Shown piece by piece: positions 1 to 11,952 of a stretch of 64,000 nt of DNA (within the stretch, counting starts at the first letter, position 1; each line of letters starts with the position of its first letter). Source of the DNA: Lama glama (lineage: Eukaryota). The notes below the pieces were generated by a model. The model was not told the DNA's origin and ran no database searches. It saw only the letters and a list, made by a program, of their open reading frames with translations. The translations under genes were made by a program, and so were the position numbers. Location of the stretch: the NCBI GenBank assembly GCA_028534125.1, contig CM052816.1, positions 11,100,001 through 11,164,000 of the forward strand, written 5' to 3'.

Positions 1-91
1 TTCAATTCAGTGGAAATAAATAATCCAACACCGTACTCAGAAAGCCCCTCAAAGAACAATTAACTCAGAATTTCAAACAGTGTTCTATTTA

Positions 92-358
<267 letters not shown>

Positions 359-1488
359 TCAGATTGCAATACAATATTAAATTTTAAAATATGAACTAAA
401 TCTTTCTATTAAATATTAATAAATGAATGAGCCAGGTGAAACAAAGAAAATCATAAAATATGATTTAATTATTTAAATCTACATCCCTGGTTTAGTTCTA
501 ATGCCTAAATTCTATTAGATTCAGAAATTCAACCCAAGAAGGACCTTAAAAACAGTCAGAAATTTGGGTCACTCCTATGATGAAATCTTAACATCATAAA
601 TTATAAAAATGGTACATTTTCTGCTTACTAATAGAAATATATTTTTATAAAGAATTTCTCAAATTCTAATGAAATCAAGGTAACAACTGTATTTGCTAAG
701 CATATTTCCTGAGGCAAAATTATTTTCTTGCTCTCACATACCTAAAGAGGATATGAATTCCATTTTAAAGTAAATGACTGAAAAAAAATGACTGAGTTTA
801 TTATTGAATTTACTTTAATACACTAAGTAATTAAGTCAGATAGCCCTGTAAATTGTCAGTCAGCTTAATCTTTTCCTAAAGGAAACAAAAGTTTCTTGTA
901 TTTTTTAAAAGATAAGCCAAGATTAGTATTTTTTACCAGGTAGCTAATATTACAGATTAGCCAATATTACATAAATAAAGTAGCCAAAAATAAGTGAATC
1001 GAAAAAATTTTTAAAAACCTCGAATCCCATACTAGAATTTAAGTTTCAGGTAGTTAACTTTGATAGCTTTAAAGTGTTAATTTATACTATACACACAAAT
1101 ATTCACACACATATACTCACTAGCATGCAAGCATAATCACATCACTTTACACATGGAAATGATTTTTTTATATTTAACTTAAAAGCACACATCAAAAATA
1201 AAATTAAATGTTATGAATATGAGAATGAAGTTGTTTACACTTATTACAAAAATTAAGATATAAAGTGATCTGACCTTATTTGCTTTTGTGAACCAACAAG
1301 CTAATACTACAGGCAATTGGGAAAATTACGTGTTGGCCAAATATGACAACTGCATTTATACTGCTCATTAAAAAGAAAAATATAAAAAAATCCACTTACT
1401 TGGGCAAAATAAATAAAAGGATAAACAACAACATTCACTACCATGCCAACTTACAGACAAAACAAACTAAGATGGTTTTAAAAATTAC

Positions 1489-1551
1489 CGGTCTTGGTGG
1501 TAGCGACTGTCTTTACATACGGGCAGCTGACTATTTGCATCATTGCTACAC
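1489..1551 (-). CDS. TCERG1: TCERG1 exon 6, 63-nt cassette exon (GVAMMQIVSCPYVKTVATTKT)
   Basis: Translated by hand; attttacag|GT GTA GCA ATG ... ACC G|gtaatt; symmetric phase 1-1; matches the 21-aa segment that distinguishes the known long and short TCERG1 isoforms. Confidence 0.92.
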
Positions 1552-4500
1552 CTGTAAAATGGATAAGCAAGCATACGTTGGAAAGCTGCCATTGTATGTC
1601 GGCTACCACTGGGATTCAGGGAAATAATTTACCACTACAATTTAGAATGCTATTTCCAATGAAAAAGACCAAGAATGGAGCAAAACTTCTGTCTGACATT
1701 TTGTGGGAAGTGGTGCCAAATCTAATGATAACTGATTCTAAATTGTATCATCAATTACCTTTTTATAAACCAGCTCTGACAGTATTTGAAGGAGCTTTAA
1801 ATTCAACAAAAGAAAGCCCCTTCAATACATATACATAACAAGTTCTTAAGTGGGACATTTTCCCACAGGACATCAAACCCATGCTGCTCTAGACACCAGT
1901 GAAAGGCAGATGCAGCATGACACTGACCAGACACTTTCTCTGTGCTGCTGCTCACGGGGAACTACATGCAGAAGCTGAGGCATGGAGCATAACCATGAAG
2001 AAGTAGAAAAAGAATAAGATAGACAAAGAGGGCTAGGAGGGAAAGGAAGAAAATAAAGTACGAGATGGATCCAAATATTCTACTGCAAATAAGACTTCAA
2101 ATAAAAGAAAGGCAAAGATGAAGAGGAGGGCAGAATTCAACTAATGACAAAATATCCACGTGTAGTGCCTGCTCCATGGAACGCCATGGGCTTGGGGCAC
2201 TGTGGAGGCAGGCTATCACATTAAGAAAAATACAGCCCCTTTAACATCCATAATGACTACATGGGCTGACTGCTTTAAAAACCTCATTATTTAAGCCAGT
2301 TAAAGAAGTAGCATTAGTATTAAAGAATGGAAATTACGTACAGTTCTTAGAAGAATGCTCATCGTGATTCATTACAATGGTGATAAAAAGGGAATGAAAG
2401 GAAAAGCTGGAAAACTAAGACTGATTAATTGAAAAAAATAAAAATTAAGAGTGAACTTTTTAAAAAATGTAAAGAAAAACGCAGAAGGCTAAAGGCAAAG
2501 GGTTGGGAAATTAAATTTTATTTTCTATTTGTTTCAGCTAAAATAAAACTAAACCTATTTTGGCACTGATGAAATTTTTAAATCATGAACTATTTTCCCG
2601 AGGTACATGAAAAGAAAGTTCTCCTAATTCAGAGACGAAAATGAAAATTAAACCCCTGAGTTTGTAAAGAATGTACCTATGTTCACACACACACACACAA
2701 AAATACTGCCAATTTTTGAAAAATGCCTTAATCTCTTTAATTATCGTTTCAAAAAAATAATATTAAAGCTAAACTTTCCATTAACTCTGAAACTAAAACA
2801 AAAGCACTGGATCATAAAGGCATGTTGAGTAAAGGTGTATGCATAGATTTACTTTCCGTGGTATTTAAAGATAGCAATGGAAAAATCCGTTTGGTTAAGG
2901 GAGTTACAGCATGCATTAGGATTAAATTAGTGTAAATACTGCCATCTGCAGGACTGCTGAACCTACTAAGGCAGCACTAGAAATTCAGTTGTTAGAATAT
3001 ATGAACTTTATTCTCAAAGACTGTTCTCCAAAACCATTCCCTAATATGTATTTTAACTTAAATAGAAGAAAATCAAATCTTTTCATATTTAGGCCTGCCA
3101 TTGTTAAGTATCATTTGTGCCAACACAGAGGTCTTGTATTTGATTGTATGGTCATACATTATAGACCATAATGAAAGGTTATGTGTGTTTCTTCTCATGC
3201 TAAAAAGATAAATTTAAGGTATTCTCTGAGGGCGATTATATGCATATTGTGAAGAGTCACAAAATAACCAAACATTTACATTTTTAACCTTCTTTTCAAA
3301 AGAAGCATTTGTTCAATTTTCCTACAACTCTATCCTCAAATCATGTTCTATCAGGAAATTAGAAGATTCCACTTAGTACTACTTTGGGTAATTCTGATGT
3401 TACTGACCATAAGTTTCTTAAAATTCCAAATAAGATTTTACAGACTAAAAAGCAGAAATCCTATATAATCCTAATCTGATTTACTATCTCCAATTCCATC
3501 TCTTATTCCTGTATTTTACCTAACTCTTCCATTCTTTTCTTTCATCTTGTTTGACTATTCCTTCTTTAATCATCCTCATCAGAACCATACATTGCTATTT
3601 CAAATGGAATTTAAGGCTCCAAGGTAAATCACATCCAAATTCCTCCTATTCACCTTACTCCCAAATTGATATAAACATTGTACATAAAGCCAAAGGTTTG
3701 GGGAGGAGAAAAACAAGTCTTTTTTTTTACTAAAGCAACTTAGAGGACTGGATTAAAAGGGGAAATGAGAAAATGAATGACCTTTAATAATATCAAAGAT
3801 TTTTTACTATATAAACAAATTTTAATATTACTTTCTATAAAACATTAACTTCATCTCCAAAGAATCTTTGGAATCTTAGACAAAATTTTATATAGTATCT
3901 AACTCAAGTTCTCTTCCAATTGACCTACAAAATGTCATTAGTGGCTGCCATTTATTAAATGCCTTTTACTGCCAAACTTCATAGGTACCTCATTTGGTCA
4001 CCCAAAAAGTCACCACCATCTGTTCTCAAATTTAATGATGAGCTGAGGGCCAGAGAAGACCTTGATATCTAAAGACAGCTGTAACTGAAGGAATTATTTA
4101 TTGTGACAAAATTCCACTTTCTATATGAGTAAGTTTTGCTACTCTGACCCTTTCACTTACTAGTCATATTAAGAACCGCTAAAGCAAAACCGAAGTCCTT
4201 TTAGGTGATAGCATTTCAAATACCTCAGGTATGTTCCTATGCTATCTCTCAATCTTCTGTTCTCTTTACAGAAATAACTATCCCAGCTCCTTAAGATCAC
4301 TCAGAATCCATGATTTGGTCTTAATACTGTCACTGACCCTTAAAGCAGACCAAGACTACAAGAGGTGATGATAAATGTCAAGCTTTTATCCATGAACCAC
4401 TTAATTTCCCACATAAAGTATTTCTGAAGAAGAAAGTGTCCAGCTGCTTAGCTTAAATTTACATTAAGCCTTAGCTTAAATTTAAATTTAGTTTAGAAAA

Positions 4501-5259
4501 AAGGTAATCCCTAGCATTAGAGAAAACATTTTTGGTTTTCTTCTTACTTTTAAATGATTTCAGTTTCTTAAATATCACATTTTGGGCATTTAATTATCTA
4601 ACACTACAACAACGTGTAAAAGATTCTCCCCAAAACCCACTAATTCTTGAAATTTTTTATTTCTTTCTTGATAAGGTGTAGTATGTGAAAAGCATTCTTT
4701 TCAAAGTGGTTACAAGGAAATAAACAATGAGAGCAACAGTGATAATTAAAATGTGTGCAAATCTAAGATATAGCTGTATTACAACCCTATCCTTGCACAG
4801 AAACTAGCACAACAAAGTGGCAATCATAGTGGAGGAAACTGAAATTAGGAGACAAGAGGCCTAGGTTCTATTCATCTTTAATACAAACTAGCCATATGAA
4901 CTTGATCTAAGGTATTAATATTTTCAACTACAATTCTAGGAGAAGGGACCATGGATTAAGGATTAAATGTGTTTGATAACAGCAAATGCATTCAAATTAG
5001 GATGCCAAACACAGTCACTGTTTAATCCTTACAGGAAGAATTCTACTCCACAATCTTTTAAATTCCTTCTCTAGCTGTAATTATTTCCCTCTAAGACAAT
5101 AAAACACATGAATTCACCATAAGTATGTAAGCATTTAAATGGTGCATGTTATACTTCACAATTGTTGCAAGGGAAACTTATGGTCTCTGTTTTAGATGTA
5201 TTTTTTTTTAAAGTTAAGTGACTTCTTCCCAGTACAATGTAATTATGAAGGGCACAGTA

Positions 5260-5450
5260 TTTGGATCTGGAGTACACAAGCTCAAATCTCAACACCATCA
5301 CTTACTAACTATGTGACCATGGGCAAGTAATTTAACTTGTCTGTGTATCTATCTCATATGATGGCTGTAAAAATTAAATGCATTATTACATATAAAGTGC
5401 TTAGAACAATGCACAATATATAAATCACTCAACTTGTGTTAGCTATTATG
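5260..5450 (+). mobile_element. MIR SINE fragment (TCERG1 intron 5)
   Basis: MIR core-like tcacttactaactatgtgaccatgggcaagtaatttaac ... aaagtgcttagaaca. Confidence 0.75.
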
Positions 5451-5788
5451 ACTGGTAATTTTTTAACTTCATACACTCAAACTCTTAAAAATATTGCATT
5501 TAAGAACATATTTACACAAAAAGATGATCATTTGTAATTCACTGAGGCCATTATCCAAAATGAGTGTAGCTTTAAATGTGGCTCTAATTTTAAGACATGT
5601 AAACAACAACAAAAAAGGACATTTACCAAAACTGAAGAGAAAAGTACTGCAGTTAGCCATGAATCTTTCAAAAACGTTTCAAACAGGTGAGATTCAAGGC
5701 AAATTTCAAATGCAACAGACACATGAGAACAAACTAACTGACAATATGAAAACATAGCTGGAAAGACTATTACAATCTATGTGTTTAC

Positions 5789-6031
5789 CTGGAAGTGGAA
5801 TTGGCATGCCAGGAAGGGGAACACGAAACGGAGGTACCATTACTGGTGGAAAAGCAGGTATTGCTGCTGCTGGCTGAGGTACTGAGTGAGGAACGGCAGG
5901 AGGTAACGTCTGGGGGTGCGGCTGGGGAACGGTTTGCACAGGTGTGGCTGTAGGAGCAGGAGTTGAAACACTAACTGTAGGCGTGGCAACTGAAACAGCA
6001 GAACTTGGGGTCTGATCTTGTGTTGTAGGTG
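5789..6031 (-). CDS. TCERG1: TCERG1 exon 5 (TPTTQDQTPSSAV...PGMPIPLP-G)
   Basis: ORF 5706..6050; ttttatcag|CA ... CCA G|gtaaac; 243 nt, phase 1-1. Confidence 0.96.
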
Positions 6032-9000
6032 CTGATAAAAGATAAAACAAAAATATGTATCACTCCTTCATAAACCATTTTACTATATTTATTCATCATT
6101 CACTCATTCAGTAACTAAGTAATGCAAAGGGCCCATTCCATGCACTGCAAGAAATTTTTAACAAGGTCTCTGTCTTCACGAGGCTTGAAAGTAGTTAAAT
6201 GAAACATAAAAAATAACTAAAATACAAAGTGAAATGGAATAAATGTGTAGGAGTGTATATCAAGACCCAAAGACCATTTCTTACTGTGAGAAGGTACAGA
6301 AAATTTTATACTGAGTTGATAGGCCTTGACAGATTAGGATTTCAACAAGGAAAATGACAAAGTGAAAGGAGAAAATAAGTAGTGAGAAAAGCGAGTAAAA
6401 GCAAAGAGTAGGAAACAACAAGGAATTGTTTAGAAAACAGAAGGCAAGCAGTCATCCAGTGAAAAAAAACAAAAAACAAAACCCAACCAACAGAAACCAG
6501 TGAGTTATAGCTGGAAAGGCAGGCCAGAGGCATAAAGCAGAAGGCCTTGAACAGAAGTCTAATGAGTCTGTGCTTTACTGGGTAGGGAAACGGAAGAACT
6601 TATGTAAATGTAGAGAAATGATTTAAAAGAATGAACACTAAAATGTATTAACTTATATCTGTGTACACTTTTTACTTTTTATTGTACATGCTTCGTAAGA
6701 GTTTGAAATTTTTTTATAATAATGCATTCACACGTTATTTGTATGACTTTGTGATGTAAAAGGAATACAGGGGAGGCAGATGAAAGCTTCTGTACGGAAC
6801 AGTAATAACCACTGTTCATTTGATGAATTAACCTGGCAGATACATAGGAAGAAAAGGAAGAACAGAGGTGGGAAAATCAATTTTGACATATCAGAATTGT
6901 CCAAGCAAGGAAGAACAGAGAGGAAAAGATATGCAATAACTAATGACTGATTGCACATGAACAAATGGAGTCAAAAACAATTTGGGTTTCTCTATAATTA
7001 TTTCAAAATAAAAGGTAAAAAAAAGAAGAAAAAAACCCCTCAGGTTTCCAGTGTGAGAGACCAGGAGAGTATGAAATTTAGGGTAATTTGGTTCTGCTAA
7101 TATATTATTTTTAATATCAAAAGTAAAACATTTCATCCCTAGCAATCACACTGAAAATCAAACTGTGACCCCCAAAATAAATAAAATTCTTATTTTTTTA
7201 AGTTTCAGTTTTCAAATACTACAAAACCATTTTTTTGTTATTTATTCATAATTCATCTAGTTCCAAAAGAAAATTCATTTTGGTAATTCACTGGTAATAA
7301 ATACTTCATCTTTATCTTGATGTAAAGAAAAAAGTCAAACTCTACCTGTATTGGACTAAGAATGAATTTAACAAATTAAATAAAACAGTGCTTTCCCAAT
7401 CTTTATGCCAATTTTCTAAAGGAAAGCACACCACCCAATAATTCAACTGACAAAATTTCTCAGTATCTTTTTTTCAGCTCCTAACAATGAAAAACTCACT
7501 TAGGCTGGGAAGATGTGAGCAATTTCATACTTGTTAATGAGGGACTCACCTTGGCTAAATAGACAGCAGGGCCAAACAAGTATCTTCAGGGGCCCAGGAA
7601 TGAATTGTTGGTCTAGCATAGACCTAGCCTTAGGGTACAGTATCATATTAATATAATTTTATAACAGTGTGAAAAATACAAATTACATGCAACATTTGCC
7701 CAGTCCCATACATATACCATTTAGCATTTGTAGTCTACTGCAATGGCTCAAAATATATCTAATTATTCTTACCAACTTCCCTGAGAAGCAGGATTTAATC
7801 AGCATTTTTCACATACTTGCACAGGATGACTTAACGTTCAACTGGGGTTAAAATATAAATTTGCTAATTTATAGTTGCATTTACCCACAGGTTTATACTG
7901 CACTTCATAGAATTACATTTTTTACAACTTATTATGGTAATAGTATTTAGTAATACTTGCTAAAATGATAAAAAGCACTATAGTCAGGAAAATAAAGTGA
8001 GCTATAAAAGGCATCAAATTTGAAGTGGAAAGGAACACCAATGAATAGGGCAAAAAGCATTCGCTCAACTCATTCCTCTTGATGACACAGGATTTTCCAA
8101 ATTTGATTAGTGGCTATGAGTCATGAGAGGAAAGGGATAAAGGCAATAAAAGAATAAAATGGGAAGCTGGGGGAATGGTAGTTGGGACTTTATAGTAGGT
8201 AAATTCCTACTAACTCCATTTGCTAAAATAACTGGTATAACACTGAACCTCAATATACACTACTAATCCAGCTCAGATCTTAACTAAAAAAGACAAGTGA
8301 CTATCTCTCTAACAGATGGAGAAACAGTAAGACTGTAGTGTGACAACATTTCATGACATTGAATCAAGTGAAAGAAAAACAGGTGTCAGGAATGCTCAGA
8401 AAGACAACAACAAAACTGATGTTTAAAGTAGTAAAAAGAACATGATTTTGCTACTCTGTTCTTAGCCAAAAGCCTCCCAATCACTGAAGGGTAGTGCAAA
8501 GAATGACAAACAGGAATTCTGAATAGAATGGTTGACAATCACAAGATAGCTATGGTCCTACTGAAGACCACTCTGATACAGAAATGGAATATACAGAGGA
8601 CAGTTAAAAATTTGAGCTCTCCACCTTCCTTAAAACAAACTACTACTATTTCTCTTTCCTAAGGCAGGAAACAAAATAGAAGCAACACAAAGCCTCCATA
8701 TGGAACCACACTGCTTTTAATTAATCCCCTTCTCCCAGGACCACTCTAAGTACTGCATAAAAATGGGCAGTTTTCTGCCTTGCCACACAGGTTTTACAAA
8801 TCCTTGCTTATAAAAAGGCAAAGATCCTCAACCAACTAGCTAGTATCACTGTTAAACTTCCATGTCAGACTTCATCTTAGCTAGAAAATAGCCTTGTAAA
8901 GCATTATTTACATCTTCTATTAAGTACATTTTCTCCTAAGCTCACTAAAAAATATCAGATAGGGCCTTTAGAAAAAAACTCTCCATATCAAATGTATCGT

Positions 9001-10344
9001 ATTTACTTCTTCAGTTACTTCTTGTGTCAATAAAATAAAATTTGGATTTAGTTCTATGACTAAATTTCTCTCAAATACATTATTCTTAGAAGGTAAGACA
9101 CACTAATGATTCCCAAGTCCTTGAAGCCAAAGGGAAACGAACATCTTTTTTCTCCTTATTCTAATCTGTTATCCAAGTAGCAAAATCATCCAAATTATAA
9201 TCAACCTGTAGGAATAACTATGTATCTTCCTATCAGTATCATAATAAATAATCAAATAAATAAAATCATTATTTAAGTATTTTTGGGCTCATTCTCAGCC
9301 TATGAAGCAGCAACACACCCACACCATAAAAAAAAAAACCCCAAAAAACCCCCAAAACCCCAGAAGTAGGACACATATTAACGACAATCTTTAAAGCAAA
9401 TTAATAGATTTTTCTTCCCTCATCCCTGAAATCTATTAATCACCTCTCATCTTTTTAGAAACGATGTACCCCTTGGGCCTCTATGACTTCATACTTGAAA
9501 ATCCTCTTACCTTTCAGACTACTTTTAACTCAACTCATTTCATCTGCCTGCATCCCATTTTAAGACCTAGTCACCTCTAAACAAGATTACTGAAAAATTC
9601 TTAAGTTTCTCTGATTTTAATACTACCCAAAAATACTACCAGAAAAATCTTCCAGTTACTGCATTTATACAGACTGCATGGTGCCTGTCTGCCCGCCCCA
9701 CATGCCTGGTTCTTAAAACTCTTCAAAACCTGGTCTCATTCCTCTTCAATCTATTAACCAATGTAAACCCTCCCACCTGATAATCTCATAAACTACACTT
9801 GTCCTCATTTCCTGGCCTGCGTTTATGCTGTTCCCCCCACCTGAAACAACTCTCCTTACTTTTGAACCTACTTAAATCCTACCACGCATCCTTCAGGATC
9901 AACCTCAATACCCATGTAGTCCACTCACTTGTCTCTCCGTTTTCGTGAATTCTTATATCTTCTATTTTCGCTGCATAATTTTGCACGCTATTCTCTAATT
10001 GTTTCACATGCATTATTCTTGCTTCCTCAATTAGAAAAACTGGAAACTCTGCAAAATAGGGGCCAAGACTTACACTTACTTTGCAAACCCCACAGCACCC
10101 AGCATTACTGTTGGCCAAGTTGAACAGCTAACTCTGCACTTCCCCAGTTTAGCTTCATGAATTCCAACAAGGCAAATAATTTCTTGTACTGATGTAAATT
10201 TCTGTTCTTTTAACCCCAAAATCTTACTGTCAAAAATGTATTCATCAAGGATAAGAGCTGAAACACTAGGATCATTTCTGAATGCAGTTCCTACTCGCCA
10301 TTTCTCTAGCCCCTACATGGAAACACAGGCTGACTAGTACTCAC

Positions 10345-10756
10345 TTGATACTGTCTGCGAGACCGAAGAGGCAGTTGTTGTGGTAGAAGTGGTAGAGGAT
10401 GGGGTGGATGATGATGTTGAAGTGGACACTGCAGGTGCTGGGCTACTGGTCGTAGGGGTGGAAGCTCCTACTGCTTGTGCTTGCACTTGCGCCTGCACCT
10501 GCGCCTGCGCCTGGGCCTGGGCCTGGGCCTGTGCTTGCGCCTGGGCCTGGGCCTGGGCCTGAGCCTGGGCCTGGGCCTGGGCCTGAGCTTGAGCTTGTGC
10601 CTGCGCCTGCGCCTGGGCCTGGGCCTGGGCCTGGGCCTGGGCCTGAACCTGTGCCTGGGCTGCAAGCATAGGTGTCAGTTCTGACTGCTGAATAACCTTA
10701 ACTCCATCTGGCTTGGTCCACGCAGATTCACGTGTTCGAGCATTATAATAATAAAC
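10345..10756 (-). CDS. TCERG1: TCERG1 exon 4: end of WW1, QA repeat, Ser/Thr-rich linker
   Basis: ORF 10334..10777 ([18 protein letters not shown]...QAQAQ...); ctctgcag|GTT ... TCA A|gtgagt; 412 nt, phase 0-1. Confidence 0.97.
10472..10657 (-). repeat. Coding quasi-tandem hexamer repeat, 31 units, (CAGGCC)n-like, encoding QA/QV
   Basis: Counted 31 hexamers directly; longest pure CAGGCC run is 5 units; interrupted by CAGGCG, CAAGCA, CAAGCT, CAGGCT, CAGGCA, CAGGTG, CAAGTG and CAGGTT. Confidence 0.97.
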
Positions 10757-11000
10757 CTGCAGAGGAATCAAAATCATTAGTGTTAAAGAATCTGCCTGGT
10801 ATCATTTGAAAATGATAATGCAACTATATTTCATCTTCAAGGGTATTAAAAAAACAAGGAGAAAGTATGTAAAAATTGGCTGTTTGTTTTATTATGGAAC
10901 TATGGTAATTTTTCACTCCTTTCTCCCTTCCCCCCAATTTTCTCCAATGAGCACACTGTATTTTTAACATACCAAAACAAGGAAAACATTGGGTGAATTT

Positions 11001-11557
11001 TGTGCAGAAAGTTAACAGAGCAGGCCAGAGACTGCTATCCTTTGAAAGCCCTGCTTAAAATGGCCCTTGGCTGGCCCCTGGGAACTTAGATTTCAGGAGG
11101 GTTCCCACCATTCCGTAACTGATATGAATGGCTCATTATGCCTAAACTGTTGAGGCAAACAATGCAGTTTATGCTAAATATCTGCCTTCCTTCTGTGAGT
11201 CTGGAATTTTAGTAAGTGCCAGGCAGATGGTGTCAGAGATGTGACCAGTCTCCAATGAAAACCCGCAGCCCCTCAACTCATGAGAGCTTCCCTGGCAGAC
11301 AACACTTCACCCGTGTTTCCACAATTGTGGGCCACAGGGATTACACACATTCTCCGTGATTCTACTGACAGGACTCCTGAAAGCTTATGCTCGGCTTCCT
11401 CCAGACTGCACCCCAAGCACCTTTTTCTCTTTGCTGGTATGGCTTTGTTTCCTTTCGCTGCGATTAGTATTAGCTGTGAGTACAACTGCATGCTGAGTCC
11501 TGCGAATCCTCCTAGCAAACACTAAACCTGAGAGCTGTTTTGGGGGCTTGCAGCACA
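11001..11557 (+). mobile_element. Solo ERVL-class LTR, MER68-like, in TCERG1 intron 3
   Basis: TG...CA ends; resembles the recalled MER68 consensus (gcaggcc.gagactgctatcctt...ggttcccaccattcc...gctgagtcctg.ga.tcctcctagc); near-TSD aattt/tattt. Confidence 0.75.
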
Positions 11558-11799
11558 TATTTAAAATACAGGCTTCCAGAATCACAGGCTAACCTACGTA
11601 AGCACTCGAGGCAACTTTATGTCTGTGCAGAAGTTCAATCCAGGGAGCATTTCCTGGAGTCCTGCCCCCCTCCCAGCTCACCCAAAGCTCATTCTTCAAA
11701 TTGGCAAGAATATAAGTCACTGATCTCAATCTGTCAAAACTCTTGTTTTACTCTCCTATCATCAAGAAGTCATCAACCTAAATATATCTCATAATTTAC

Positions 11800-11952
11800 C
11801 TTCCCATCTGGAGTTTTATTTTCAACCCATATCTCCTCAGTAGGAGGCAGTGCTGGAGTACCAGGAGCAGTCACAGGAGGCATTCCTGGTGGAAACATCA
11901 TACCAGGAGGAGGAGGCATGGTTCCCATGGGTGGAGGCATGAAAGGTGGTCT
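11800..11952 (-). CDS. TCERG1: TCERG1 exon 3 (RPPFMPPPMGTMPPPPGMMFPPGMPPVTAPGTPALPPTEEIWVENKTPDGK), start of WW domain 1
   Basis: Translated by hand (absent from the ORF track); aattaacag|AGA ... AAG|gtaaat; 153 nt, phase 0-0. Confidence 0.96.

Noticed and set aside
3856..3872. Hairpin tccaaaga-a-tctttgga, and other short local duplications (about 4447-4485, 45585-45685, 33877-33920)
   Set aside because: Short enough to arise by chance or slippage; no supporting context.
10472..10657. Regular repeat as a CRISPR-like array
   Set aside because: 6-bp coding tandem repeat with no spacers, in a mammalian gene.
10380..10684. ORFs of LG, PG, RP and AW dipeptides as separate genes
   Set aside because: Alternative frames of the TCERG1 QA hexamer repeat, not independent CDSs.
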